Made by a program: the position numbers and the translations under genes. The notes below the pieces were generated by a model that was given only the letters and a program-made list of their open reading frames with translations, did not search any database and had not been told where the DNA came from. 32,000 bases of DNA, taken from assembly GCA_002794465.1 (NCBI GenBank), contig MTSL01000101.1:30001-62000 (forward strand), written 5' to 3'. The DNA comes from Paramicrosporidium saccamoebae KSL3 (Eukaryota > Fungi > Cryptomycota). Of the stretch, positions 17,728 through 28,939 are shown piece by piece (within the stretch, counting starts at the first letter, position 1; every line of letters begins with the position of its first letter).

Positions 17728-19041
17728 ATGACAGTTTGCATTATTGGTGCTGGCCCCGCTGGTCTGACCGTTGCGACAAGGATACTGAAAAAATGCCCAT
17801 CGACAGTTATAAATATAGTGGACGCTAGAGCCACTCCCTTCGGTCTACTGAAATACGGAGTAGCACCAGACCACCCGGAAATTAAGGTATCCATAACTCG
17901 GAAATGCCACATCTCATATAAAGTCTGGAGTGCCATACTTGCATGAGACCTTGCGAGACAATCGCGTCAATTTTTTCGGGAGCGTGCAGGTAAATCGTGA
18001 TATTTCGCTCGCCAAACTATTGGAAATGCACGATTCTGTGGTGATTGCGACAGGGATGACAAAGCCGAGGCTCCTTGGTATACCAGGCGAAGGTTTGCTT
18101 GGCTCCTTCAACGCAGCACAGGTTGTTGGCTGGTATAACGGCGATTCTCAGTATAAAGATATAACCCTGAATCTGAACTGCGTTCGACGCGTTGCGATCA
18201 TCGGACATGGGAACGTGGCTCTGGACATAGCCAGGATTTTTCTAAAGACTCCAAATCTCTTGGAGTCCACAGATATTTCAGAAAATGCTCTTCGAGCGCT
18301 TAGAAATTCTAAAGTTGAAGAGATTGATATTATCGGGCGCAGGGGGCCACTTCAGGTAAGCATAGCCAATGTCCTGATAAATAGGTATCATTCACAACTG
18401 CTGAGTTGCGTGAGATGAGAGACCTTGATGTAAATTTCAAAACCGATCGGACGACCGTGCAAGAATGCCTCGAAAAATACAGTAATATTTGGGAAACTCA
18501 GCGCCCCATGAATCGGCTCTTTACACTACTAAAAGACCTGTCAGGTAGATCACCTCAAGTCAAAAATCCTATGCCTTCTAAGACTTGGAGCCTGCAGTAC
18601 TTTCTTAGGCCGCAAGCCATATTGGGCAGAAATTGTGTAGAATCTCTCGAGCTTGTGAAGACTTCTCTCTCCAATGGCGAGGTAAAATTACCCGAAGATC
18701 TTAAACGGATGCCAGTTCATGATACATCGCAGGTAGTCCGTATTCCATATGACATGATAATATCGTGTCTGGGATTTATTACTGATCAGAATTTTGGGCT
18801 GCCATCCAAACCTAGTGGTGCAGTTCTCCAAGATGGTGGTCGAGTTACAGGCTATCCAGGCCTTTACGTATGCGGTTGGGCATCTGTCGGTGCGGTTGGA
18901 GAGTTGGCCTCGACAATACAAAACGCCAGAAATTTAGCCGATGGAATTATTTCGGATTTCGAATCTCGCACACTGAGTTTGACAAAGAACCCCGGAGAAC
19001 TAGCATCCTATTTTTCTAAGAATCATATTAAGCACACTTGA
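17728..19041 (+). CDS. ARH1: NADPH:adrenodoxin (ferredoxin) oxidoreductase Arh1/FDXR (3 exons, about 415 aa)
   Basis: Motifs CIIGAGPAG, PFGLLKYGVAPDHPE, VGWYNG, GHGNVALDIAR, GRRGPLQVSFT and CGW..G..G. Introns are 37 and 29 nt. Confidence 0.9.
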
Positions 19042-19094
19042 AATATAAATTCCGGGCGATGGAGCAAATTAGTTTGTTTTTAGGAAAAAGGGAT

Positions 19095-20510
19095 CTATGA
19101 GCCTCCTCTAAAAAATCGTGATTTCAGTTCGCGCCACATTAAATTGGCGTCCGATTTGGCTAGCTGAAATACACTTGAATTTTCTTGAGATCGACGTATC
19201 AAGTAGGGTACTACTTCTTTGACCGGACCATAGGGCAAGTACTTGAATACAGGATATCCGGCCTTCGCCAGCGATATAGAGTTTACATCGCTCATCCCAT
19301 AGAGCTGAGCAAAGCATATCTGCATCCTACTTAACAAGGAAAAATCCCTTTGGTATAATTCAGTGGCTTTCTTAATTGATGCTTCGTTGTGCGTCGCGAA
19401 GATGAAGAGGAACCGCCGATGGTCCGAGTCTGGGAGATCTTGAACGTAGTTGAGTACCAGATCAATAGCACTGTCGTAACTAGAATGAGTTTCCTGAATT
19501 GTGTCAAAAATCGGACAGGTTATTTTCCTCTCCTCGGCCCAAATACGCTCCCCAATAACGTATGCTCCTCTTACAAGTTTCGCACCAAAGTGGAATCCCG
19601 TGGATTTTGACCTATCCAAGTGGGACTTCAACCGATCAATGCCGTCTTTTCTATACAATTGATAGGTATTTACTATCAAGGGCTCTGGGGAATTATTCAT
19701 GCCGTTGTATTGTTGCATGGCACTTAACGCGATATCGTCGATAGCATCCTGAACAAAAGATTGTTCGGCATCGATCGCAAGTCGGACATTACTTTCTTTT
19801 GCAATTTCGCAGATCGACACGAGTCTATTCCAACCATTTTCATAAGATATTACCAAATCATCCGAGAGCGCGAGTTTGCCATTTCCATTCGTGTTACTCT
19901 TCGCCAAAGCCTCCAATGTTGTATTTTCAAATAGGCCTGTAAGTTTGATCGCCACAAAAGGGTTTGCGGACGATTTAGCAGTGGTTATGGCCCGAATGAT
20001 GTTGTCACGAACCCCATCATGATACGAATTTGCTTCGTCTCGACTTTCAGGAGCAGAGGTTTTGAGTGGTGATAAATCAATCTCTGCAGCATAATCCAGA
20101 ATAACCCCGATGCCCTTATTCTGCAAGGACTCCATCGCTTGTTTGACATCTTCGGAATTTTCACCACCACAGAATTGTCTGAATAATGTGCGCCTGATCA
20201 CGGCATAGAGTGGTGTTCCAAGATGGACGGCTGAGGCCGCCTTAATAATGCTTGGGGTGCAATTTGCTAGCCAACTATATGAACACGCCTTGTAGACCGC
20301 CAGGTTTCGCAAAAGCTCACTAGAAGAACGGTCCGCAAAAAGTGCACTCATTTCTGGAGGCCAATTGTCAGGAACCTGCATATTCTTTTCAATCAGTCTA
20401 GAATAAAGATTCTAGATATAATGGAGTTATTACTGAGAGTAAGGAGCCGCGCTTAAGAACTGATTTCGAATCCATTGGGGCCTCGATAGAGCCCGTAAAC
20501 GAAGGGTCAT
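19095..20510 (-). CDS. PUT1: Proline dehydrogenase / proline oxidase (2 exons, about 459 aa)
   Basis: Motifs QFCGGE, LDYAAE, AIKLTGL, IDAEQSF, NTYQLYRKD, KLVRGAY, ATHN, FAQLYGM, KYLPYGPV and YLIRRSQEN. An upstream exon MTLRLRALSRPQWIRNQFLSAAPYS (a presequence) is joined by a 36-nt intron. Confidence 0.93.
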
Positions 20511-20573
20511 TTGAGCGTGGCCAATTGAAACACGGTATTTATTAGGTTGCTTCACTAATAACGCACGCAATTA

Positions 20574-22100
20574 CTAGAAAAACATAGCTTCCAATCCACC
20601 CTGCTCTGCTTGCTCCTTCACAAACATTTCAAAGTATTGATAAATAATGGTGACAGCGAGGAGAATACCAGTACCAGAACCAATGGCTCCCATAAGATCA
20701 GCAGCGACAGTGAGCGCTCCAACAAGTAGACCTCCTAGGTAAGCTGCAACAGGAATAATGCGCTTGAGTTCTTTGTACATGGAACCTTCACGATGGCCAC
20801 GCATTATCATTTGTTGATCCTTCAACATTTTGGCGACGTCACGGGGAGAAGATCCAGAGACCTCAATCCAAGCCTTTGCAAAGAGGGCGCTGGCCGTTAA
20901 GACGAAAGCAACATATAGAACGAAGTGGACTGGGTCGCGGATAGCGTCATAAAGTCCGTGAGGCGGCGAGACATAGTACGCTATTCCACTTGTCGCAACA
21001 AACTGGCTGGATCCCTCGTATGGCTCCCAAACACCAAAGAGACGAACAAGGAAGTTGTTGGGGAATTTGGAGTATAGTAGCTGGGATACGAGGTAGATCT
21101 GCGACACCAAAGCGGATTGAAGCATGATGGGCATGTTCGAAGTGTAGAAAAGTTTGATCGGATAAGTTCCTTGTTGTCCACGGAAACGGGCCGATTTGAC
21201 AGGCAGTTCAACACGGAAGCCTTGAAGATATATGACCAAAAGGAACACCAGAAGAGTCGCAAGCAGGTTCATCATGTTGGGCAAATTGCTTCGATAGAAT
21301 GCCTCCTTTAATGCCCTAGTCTTGTCAGATCTGGTGAGCAACAGATGGAAGAGCGCAATCACGGCGCCCTCGAATTCAGTTCCCTTGCCAGTGTTGTAAG
21401 TAGTGGGCGAAAAGGCTTTCCAAATGACATTTTCACAAGTGTTCGTCGCAATAAAGAGAGATATACCCGAGCCAAGACCATAGCCCTTTTGCAAAAGCTC
21501 ATCCAGAAGAATGACAATAACTCCAGCAAGGAAAAGCTGGAGAATCAAGATGAGACAGATACCAGCTCCGAGGTCCGATGGATCGCCATAGAATCCACTA
21601 ACCACTTGTACAACGGCATGACCCAAAGTCATAAGCATAGCAAACACTAAGGATCAGACAAAGCTCGAAATTATACGCTTCTGGGCTCCATTGAAGAGAA
21701 TACGATCTTCTTTGACGTTTTGGTCGACAGTAATAATGTTGGCACCTGCCAAGAGCTGCATTATGGTACCAGAGGTGATGATGGGAGAAATACCAAGTTC
21801 CATGAGCGTTCCGCGATTCGATGCGAGGATGGCACGCATCCAGTACAAAGGGTCTGAAGACCCCGAGGACATGATTCCAAAGAGAGGAACCTGCGAGCAC
21901 ACCAGAAAGATGAAAAGAGTCACGGCCGTCCACAAAATTTTTTCGCGGAATTGAACCTACCACATGTCATACTTGAGATAGCGCAAGTACCTTTCGGTCA
22001 GGAGCCGTTACTTCTGGCAAAATCGCCATGAAGGGCCGTATCAGGTTGAGGAAACGAACTATACAATTGGATTAGACAAGGCGGCGGCTGTACATCCCAT
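20574..22100 (-). CDS. SEC61: Protein translocon subunit Sec61 alpha (4 exons, 476 aa)
   Basis: [69 protein letters not shown] and [18 protein letters not shown]. Introns are 32, 34 and 30 nt. Confidence 0.97.
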
Positions 22101-22274
22101 TAGTAAGTGATTTCAGAAAACTTTGGATGGATGGACGCTGTTTAGTTATGCCCGGGAGCTACAGTAAGAGTGAGTGACCACAGCAATAGCAAACCTTTGG
22201 AACGGCCCGAGAATTAATTGGTCCAGCCCCGGGGCTGTCACCGTGTACACTTGTAGACACTATAGGGATTCATA

Positions 22275-22852
22275 ATGGTAACACTCTGCTGATTTAGCAA
22301 TCAATTATTAGTCCAATTCCCTGAGACCTTATCTGGATAATGTGCGACTTGAGTTAACTAGAGCTCTTTGTTTGAGCTACTTTCCGTCGCCTGTAGTGGA
22401 GCGCCACTCCCGACCGGAAATTGAAGTTCAGTATGCGCCCGCTTTATGGCACCTAATATGATAGGGATACGGAAAAGGCCCTTTTGACACCCATTTCAAT
22501 TGTAAGAAGCCCAAGTGAGGCCGTTTTTATCGAACCTTCAATTAATTCTGTACGTATCAATATCAAAGTCAAGCAGGCCGATGAGCTGGAAGAGCTTCTT
22601 TGCCATAAATTTTCCAATTTTATGATGCAGCGAGCCGAAAACTTTTCTGTATTACGCCGAAAACCGATTGCTGGATACGATTTGAGTTTCCTTGTTACTA
22701 ACGAACACATCGAAAGCTCTTGTCCCTCTAAACTGGTCGACTTTATTGTTTCGTTCTTGGAGGAGGTGGACAAGGAAATCAGCCAAATGAAGATTGGCGT
22801 CAATGCTCGTGCGCGTCTTGTTGCCGAGTCATTCCTACGCGAGCTGGCCTAG
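22275..22852 (+). CDS. ARPC4: Arp2/3 complex subunit ARPC4 (Arc19; 3 exons, 169 aa)
   Basis: [32 protein letters not shown]...EPSINSVRI...[23 protein letters not shown]...VDKEIS.MK..VNARAR.VAE.FL. Two 34-nt introns. Confidence 0.95.
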
Positions 22853-22867
22853 CGCAACAAAAATATT

Positions 22868-23822
22868 TTATTTCCTGATTCTTCTGGCTGCGAAAACCTT
22901 GAATATTATGTACAATAAAGCGACACCCCCTATTCCTGAAGAGATTTTCAATATCAGCGTCCGTAGATATACATGCCTTCGTCTAGAGACTTCCATTGCC
23001 TCTAATCGTTGCTGGATCTGCAAAGTAGCTTCCTCTAAAGAGTCCAATCGCCGAAGTGCCGCGAGAATCATCTCATAGAGCTCAGTGCTGATGGGCGACC
23101 TGCGCGCCGATGCATCCGTCGAGCCCTCTGCTATTCTCGGCTCCTTTACATGCAAAGGATCGTCCTCGCCTTCGACATCAGAATCATCACTAGATAGGCT
23201 GTCCGAAACACACTCAGTTTGGTCAGTCTTTGACTGTAGCAAACTTGTAATATGCCCAGGTATTGCTAGTCCCAGCTCATCTGACAGGACCAATGGTGTC
23301 CCAAATGACGAATTTTCGCGATCTCCGAAGCTAGCAACTTCTCTACAAGTTAAAATTACGAAGAAAATACTCTCTTTCATAGACTTCTCCGACTTCATTG
23401 ACACCAGGTGATCGCAAATGAGCATACCTCTGAGGCCAATAGAGTGCGCACTCTTGTTTTAGTTCGTTAATTCGTCCTTCAAATTCTTTGGCCCTCCTAA
23501 GTTCAGAGGCAGAAACAGCGGACAGGTCACCCAGACCGGCGTGGCTGCTCATAGCGTATTCAACAACATGTTCTACATACAGAGTTATTGCTGCCGAGCG
23601 GGACATTTCCCCCAATTCCCTCCAGGCGTCATACTTGTATTTTCCTTGAATGTCAAAGAACGATGGCCGAGGGCCAACACAGGGCCCAACGGTGGCCTGC
23701 TTAAACAGCGCATAAAGTTTTAGCTTCTCTTCATTGCTGATGGGGCTGATAAAGGAGAAGCCATCAAATTCACTCAAACTACGTACAAAGGCGACGACTT
23801 TGTCAAAGAGACACGGGTCCAT
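22868..23822 (-). CDS. Tail-anchored acyl-CoA-binding protein (ACBD4/5, Atg37-like; 2 exons)
   Basis: ACB domain KLKLYALFKQATVGPC..PRP.FFD..GKYKYDAW, an acidic linker, a coiled coil, and a C-terminal TM with a basic tail (GVALLYIIFKVFAARRIRK). A 28-nt intron joins the two ORFs. Confidence 0.8.
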
Positions 23823-23922
23823 AGTAATCAAAATCCTTAATGAGCCCGCCTATGGGATAATCAGGGGCCACCATTATTAGATTGCACCCAATTTTAGTAG
23901 CTATGCGTTGTGCATGTGGGAG

Positions 23923-24489
23923 CTATTCTCTTGCTCGGTTGCGTAAAACGGCGAACAGAATTCCAGCAGCGGCAGCGGCAACACCACCTACCAAAGCCAT
24001 CCCGATGATGCCCTCTGCAGGTTAGTCGATACCGTTATCATTTACCTTGACTTGCCTTGTTTTCAATCAGTTTTTCCAAAGATAATGCTTGCTGGTTTTT
24101 GGGCTCGTCATTCAAGAGCTCACTTATGCTTTTTCTAGCTTCCTGATACTGTCCGAGGCGATAGTGACCTACTGCCAAATAATAAAGACACTCGCGTCTC
24201 CGTGATGGCCATCTAACCATAGTGTCTACAATGGAGTTACTTTCAAGCGCGAAAGTTACCTCGTAGTAGAGTAATACCAAGAGTCTTGTCATCTTGATAT
24301 TTGCTTCGAATCAATCCCCATGCGTACAGAAACTGAGTATCCACAGAGGCGCTGCCGTCCTCCTTCTCTGCCGTATATTTCGCCTCCAGGTACTAGGGAA
24401 GGTAAGAGCAGTAAAGACAGTACTTCAAGCTCTTCCACAGTTATTTCCTGCTCTGCCTCAGCTGCGTAGGGCAATGTTTTGGAGGACAT
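23923..24489 (-). CDS. FIS1: Mitochondrial/peroxisomal fission protein Fis1 (4 exons, 156 aa)
   Basis: [39 protein letters not shown] and the tail anchor [24 protein letters not shown]. Introns are 31, 34 and 31 nt. Confidence 0.93.
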
Positions 24490-24591
24490 TGCAGAAGTGA
24501 GGGGAAGAGTAATCCGGACAGGGGATATTGGTGCCAATCAACACTCTGCACGAATGTATAAAGCTCTGTTCGGGTAGAAATTTGGTGAGAG

Positions 24592-26985
24592 ATGCTGAAA
24601 ATCTCTAGCCTGAAATCACAGAAAGGAAGATTGTTTTCCAGTGGTTCAGACAAGGTAGAGATAGTCGCAACACTTTGACAAATAGCCCCTTTTTGATAAG
24701 ATTCTCGTGGCAAATCGCGGCGAGATTGCTTGCCGTGTTTTTCGGACAACTAGGCAGCTTGGAATCCGGTCGGTGGCAGTCTTCAGTGAAGCTGATAAGG
24801 AATCATTACACACTTCAATGGTCGACTCTTTACGCGATTAAACTAATTTATATAGGCCGATGAGGCAGTTTGCATAGGACCGGCGCCCAGCCAAGACAGC
24901 TATTTGGCGATCCAAAAAGTCATAAGAGCTGCAAAGAAGACGGGCTCGCAAGTAAAACCCCATGGATCTACTTCCACCATATTAGGCAGTTCATCCAGGT
25001 TATGGGTTTTTGTCAGAGAATTCCCAGTTTGCGTCTGAGCTCGAAAAAGCTGGAATAACATTCATTGGCCCACCAATCCAGGCCTTAAGAGACATGGGAT
25101 CTAAAAGGTCCATCCAGACAAAGAGTTGACCTGTAGTGCGTCAAAAGAAATCATGACTGCGGCTGGAGTACCGGTTGTTCCCGGGTATCACGGAGAAGGA
25201 CAAGAAGCAGAATTTTTGAAGAAACAAGCGGATCAGATCGGGTAGATGTCAGATGGGCTTATGCATAATCTTGACAGATATCCTCTGATGATAAAAGCTG
25301 TTTTGGGAGGAGGCGGTAAAGGTATGCGAATTGTACAACAACGTGAAGAGTTTGACGAAATGCTCGAGTCGTCGCGTCGGGAGGCGCGAAAGTCTTTCAA
25401 TGACGATCGTGTTCTCCTAGAACGATATATCGAACGTCCTCGCCACATTGAGGTACAGGTGTTCGGCGATCAATTTGGAAACGCAGTGTATTTATTTGAA
25501 CGAGACTGTTCGGTCCAACGGAGACACCAAAAAGTCTTGGAAGAGGCCCCAGCTGTATATTACTCGATTTTCAGACGCTCAGATTGTAGCCGGGACTTTC
25601 AGAAGGTCAACGACACGAGCTTGGAGAGATGGCCGTAGCCGCAGCAAAAGCTGTCAAATATGTTGGAGCTGGCACTGTGGAATTTATATTTGACTGCGAC
25701 ACGGGCAAGTTTTATTTCATGGAGATGAACACGCGACTGCAAGTAGAGCATCCTGTCACAGAGATGATTACTGGTTTGGATTTGGTTCATTGGCAGATTC
25801 ACGTACCCGATTCTCAGCCATTTTAATATTATGCCAGGTTGCGTCGGGAAATAGACTTCCTTTAACCCAGAATCATATAAACCGCACCGGACATGCAATT
25901 GAAGCCCGAATCTACGCCGAAAATCCTGAAAAGTACTAGTCGACGCTGTCTAACGGACGTAGTAATTTCATGCCGGATACGGGGAGACTCAAGTTTTTAA
26001 GAATGCCAAACAACAATGCAAACGTACGTATAGAGACGGGAGTACGTGAAGATGATGAGATCAGCGTATACTATGATCCAATGATAGCCAAGGTCGTAGT
26101 TCATGGGGAGACACGCCTAGAGTCGCTTCGTCGGTTGGATCAAACTCTTGGCGAATTCCATGTTGCAGGAGTCCGAACAAACATTTCTTTAATTAGGAAA
26201 ATTCTTGCCGAAGACCAATTCAAGTCTGGCTTAGTGGACACGAGTTTTATTAAGCAGCATCATGATCGACTCTTCGCCAAGACATCTCCTAACACAAACC
26301 ATCTGGCACTCTCAGCAGTGCTGCATGTTATCTCAAATCAGACGGGCAACAACATGCACGATCCTTGGCTCCAGAATGATGGATATTCTGGATTTATCGA
26401 GCGCACGACTTTGCTCAAAATTAAGGCTTACAATAACGTTTACTCATGCAACGTAAGTGTTGAGAGCAAATCAGAATTCATGGTGAGAGTGGTAAGACTA
26501 GTTTTTTGCGTATCATTTAGTAGACCGATCAGAGCGGAGCACAGGAAACATTTTCTGTTTGTGCCAATGTCAGCGACGGAAAGGTTGAAGCAACGGTCAA
26601 TGATTTGCGTTTGCCGCAACTTTACTTTTACAAAGATAGCTGCGTGACGCACATCTTCTTCCCGGTAGACTATCCCCTTAGCCAGTCTTACTTTTAGGAG
26701 GGGCCGCAACTGTTTGAATTTGTAAGCGAAGGATCAGAGGGTTTAAATAAGGGGCCTTCAGAAAATTCAGTACTCAGTCCAATGCCATGTAGAGTGAGCC
26801 AGGTCCCCATCAAAGTCGGAGATCGGGTCAAGAAGGGTGGCGTTCTAATGATAGTTGAGGCTATGAAGATGGAGCATATTATCAAGGCTCCTATGGATGT
26901 AAAGATTGCAAAGATAAACTATTCCGAAGGCCAGCTTGTTGGTGAAAAGAAGCAGCTAATCGAATTCTCCGATTCATGTGAATAA
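24592..26985 (+). CDS. MCCC1: Methylcrotonoyl-CoA carboxylase alpha subunit (biotin carboxylase plus biotin carrier; 11 exons, about 687 aa)
   Basis: [75 protein letters not shown] and the biotinylation motif EAMKM. Ten introns of 29-36 nt give a continuous frame. Assignment to MCC rather than PCC is from motif recall. Confidence 0.87.
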
Positions 26986-27091
26986 ATACGCCGGCTTGCC
27001 TTTCATTGGTCGGTCTAAAATTAGCTCTAGACAGTTCGGAGAATGTAGTATTAGTACTCCGTGGGGCATTCCGACGAAACACCTTGACGTA

Positions 27092-27550
27092 ATGTTCTTG
27101 TGGCAGCTTATAGTAAGCTATCTTGCTTTGAATGCCGGACGGAAGAGTCGTACTGGTCCTCGATCATTAGAAAAGTCCGACCCACGACTCTACGAACCGC
27201 GGAACGGGATACAGCCCACTGTGAGCCTCCATGATAAGGACCCTTCGGAACTTTTCAGTGCAGAATATCTAGTTAAAGACGACAAGACTCTTACACCTAT
27301 CGATGCTGTTGATGAGGTAGCGTCTCATACTCGTCTTGCCCAGAATACCAAGACCCGGGCCGACAAGGATAGAAGAGAGCACTCAAAAATACGGAGATGG
27401 AACAAGGAGAAGTTGCAAAAGGGCCAAGACAGATTCAGGAAGAAAAACCACACTAACGCACGTCGCATTCGTGTGATCGGACATTCTGAAGACGACGGTA
27501 CTGTTGTCATCGGAGAGTCCATTGAGTGGGGAGACCTTGTAACTGAATAA
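27092..27550 (+). CDS. Hypothetical protein (152 aa) with a short hydrophobic N-terminus and a Lys/Arg-rich segment
   Basis: The first ATG in ORF 26978..27550 is at 27092. The ORF fills the gap between MCCC1 and ERV46. No family recognised. Confidence 0.5.
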   Translation: MFLWQLIVSYLALNAGRKSRTGPRSLEKSDPRLYEPRNGIQPTVSLHDKDPSELFSAEYLVKDDKTLTPIDAVDEVASHTRLAQNTKTRADKDRREHSKIRRWNKEKLQKGQDRFRKKNHTNARRIRVIGHSEDDGTVVIGESIEWGDLVTE

Positions 27551-27617
27551 AAACAAATTCGAGATGCTCAATAAACTGGGAATTTATTGAGGGTTCTACA
27601 AAATAGTTGTTTGCAAT

Positions 27618-28810
27618 TTAGTTGGTTTTGCCCATTGCTGTTTTCTGACGCAGCTTTCTTTCCGCATGGAAAACAAAGGCATCAACAATTGCGGCAACGG
27701 TGTAAACACCACCGATGATGGCACAAACACCAGTGAGGAATGAAGTCAAAGGCTTCTTATACTCGGTGTAGATGACAATCATTGGCGAGATTTCATAGTT
27801 AAAGAAGACACTGGGGAACGCAGCCTTGTCGCCTTTTGTTTCGTTCTCGTTCTGGGTCACGGCAAATTGATTTGTGTGCAGAACCCTGCCGTCTCTAAGT
27901 TTAAAGTCGGTTGCAACGATCTTTGTGTGATATTTGAACGAACGTTCGGCCGACGAGGCCTTATTCTCCGTATTGTCCAAAGGATTGACAATCTTTTCAT
28001 GATGCTCTCCGAAGGACAGATAATGGATTCGATGAGAAAAGTCGAGATGCAACCCATCCAAAAACCGAATGTCATGAAGGTGATAATTATTGGCGTCAAA
28101 ACTTCGGCCAGGTGCAAAATGAAAGTTGCCCGAGACTTTGTTCACTTCAAAATGCCCAGAAATTCGACATCCCTCATTTGCATGATCACGAATCTTTTCT
28201 GGCCAGTCTTCAGCAACACATTGTTCAATTTGATTCATTTCTGGAGGTGACAAATTTCGATGTTCGTAAGCCGCAAAAACTGCTGAGCAGCTATTACAGC
28301 AGTACGGCTTTCCATCAGGCCCGTTTGCTGCAGCTTTGTAGCAGCTTCCACAATAGTCTTCGGGACGCTTGAGGTCTTTTTCCTTGTATTCACCCAGGGG
28401 GGTCGCATTTGAACTTTGGCATACTTTTCGAATGTTTTCAACCATATTGTTTTGATACTGCCCGGCAGAATCCATGACGTCGAGTGTCAGAGCTAATGGT
28501 TAGAGCACAAGCTCAAAGATGTACCGAAACAGGGAACCTTGGGAAACGTGATATCGAAATTAATGTTCATCATTTCCTTCCGACTTGTATCCACGATAAG
28601 CTCAGTTTTCCATGTAGTCGTCCGGAAATTGAGGTATTCGAAAAAGATGAGCCCGAAGATTAGCGTGCCGCTGGCAATGGTCACTATAAGATAAAAGCCG
28701 TCTGTCGGAATATGCATACCGAGCCCTCCAAAGAATGTCTTTGTTCGAAATTCATCATGCGTCTTGGCAAATGAATCCAAGCTCTGAATTCTTTCAGTAA
28801 GAGCAGACAT
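27618..28810 (-). CDS. ERV46: ER-Golgi intermediate compartment protein Erv46/ERGIC3 (3 exons)
   Basis: LDSFAKT...KT..GG, YCGSCY.A, CCNSC..V, EGCRISGHFEVNKVSGNFHFAPGRSF, VFFNYEISPM and FLTGVCAIIGGVYTVA. Introns are 36 and 32 nt. Confidence 0.93.
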
Positions 28811-28939
28811 GTCGGCAACAGAAGCGTTCCGGCAGCCCTTGGTCTAGATGTATGAAGCACGGGTAGACCTATCAAACCCACGGTGAGATACTTTTCATTG
28901 GGCCGCTGAAATTAGTCGACCAATTAGGAAAACAACCAA

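Noticed and set aside
26978-27091. N-terminal extension of the orphan ORF overlapping the MCCC1 stop
   Set aside because: It starts at GTG, which is not a normal eukaryotic start. The first ATG is at 27092.
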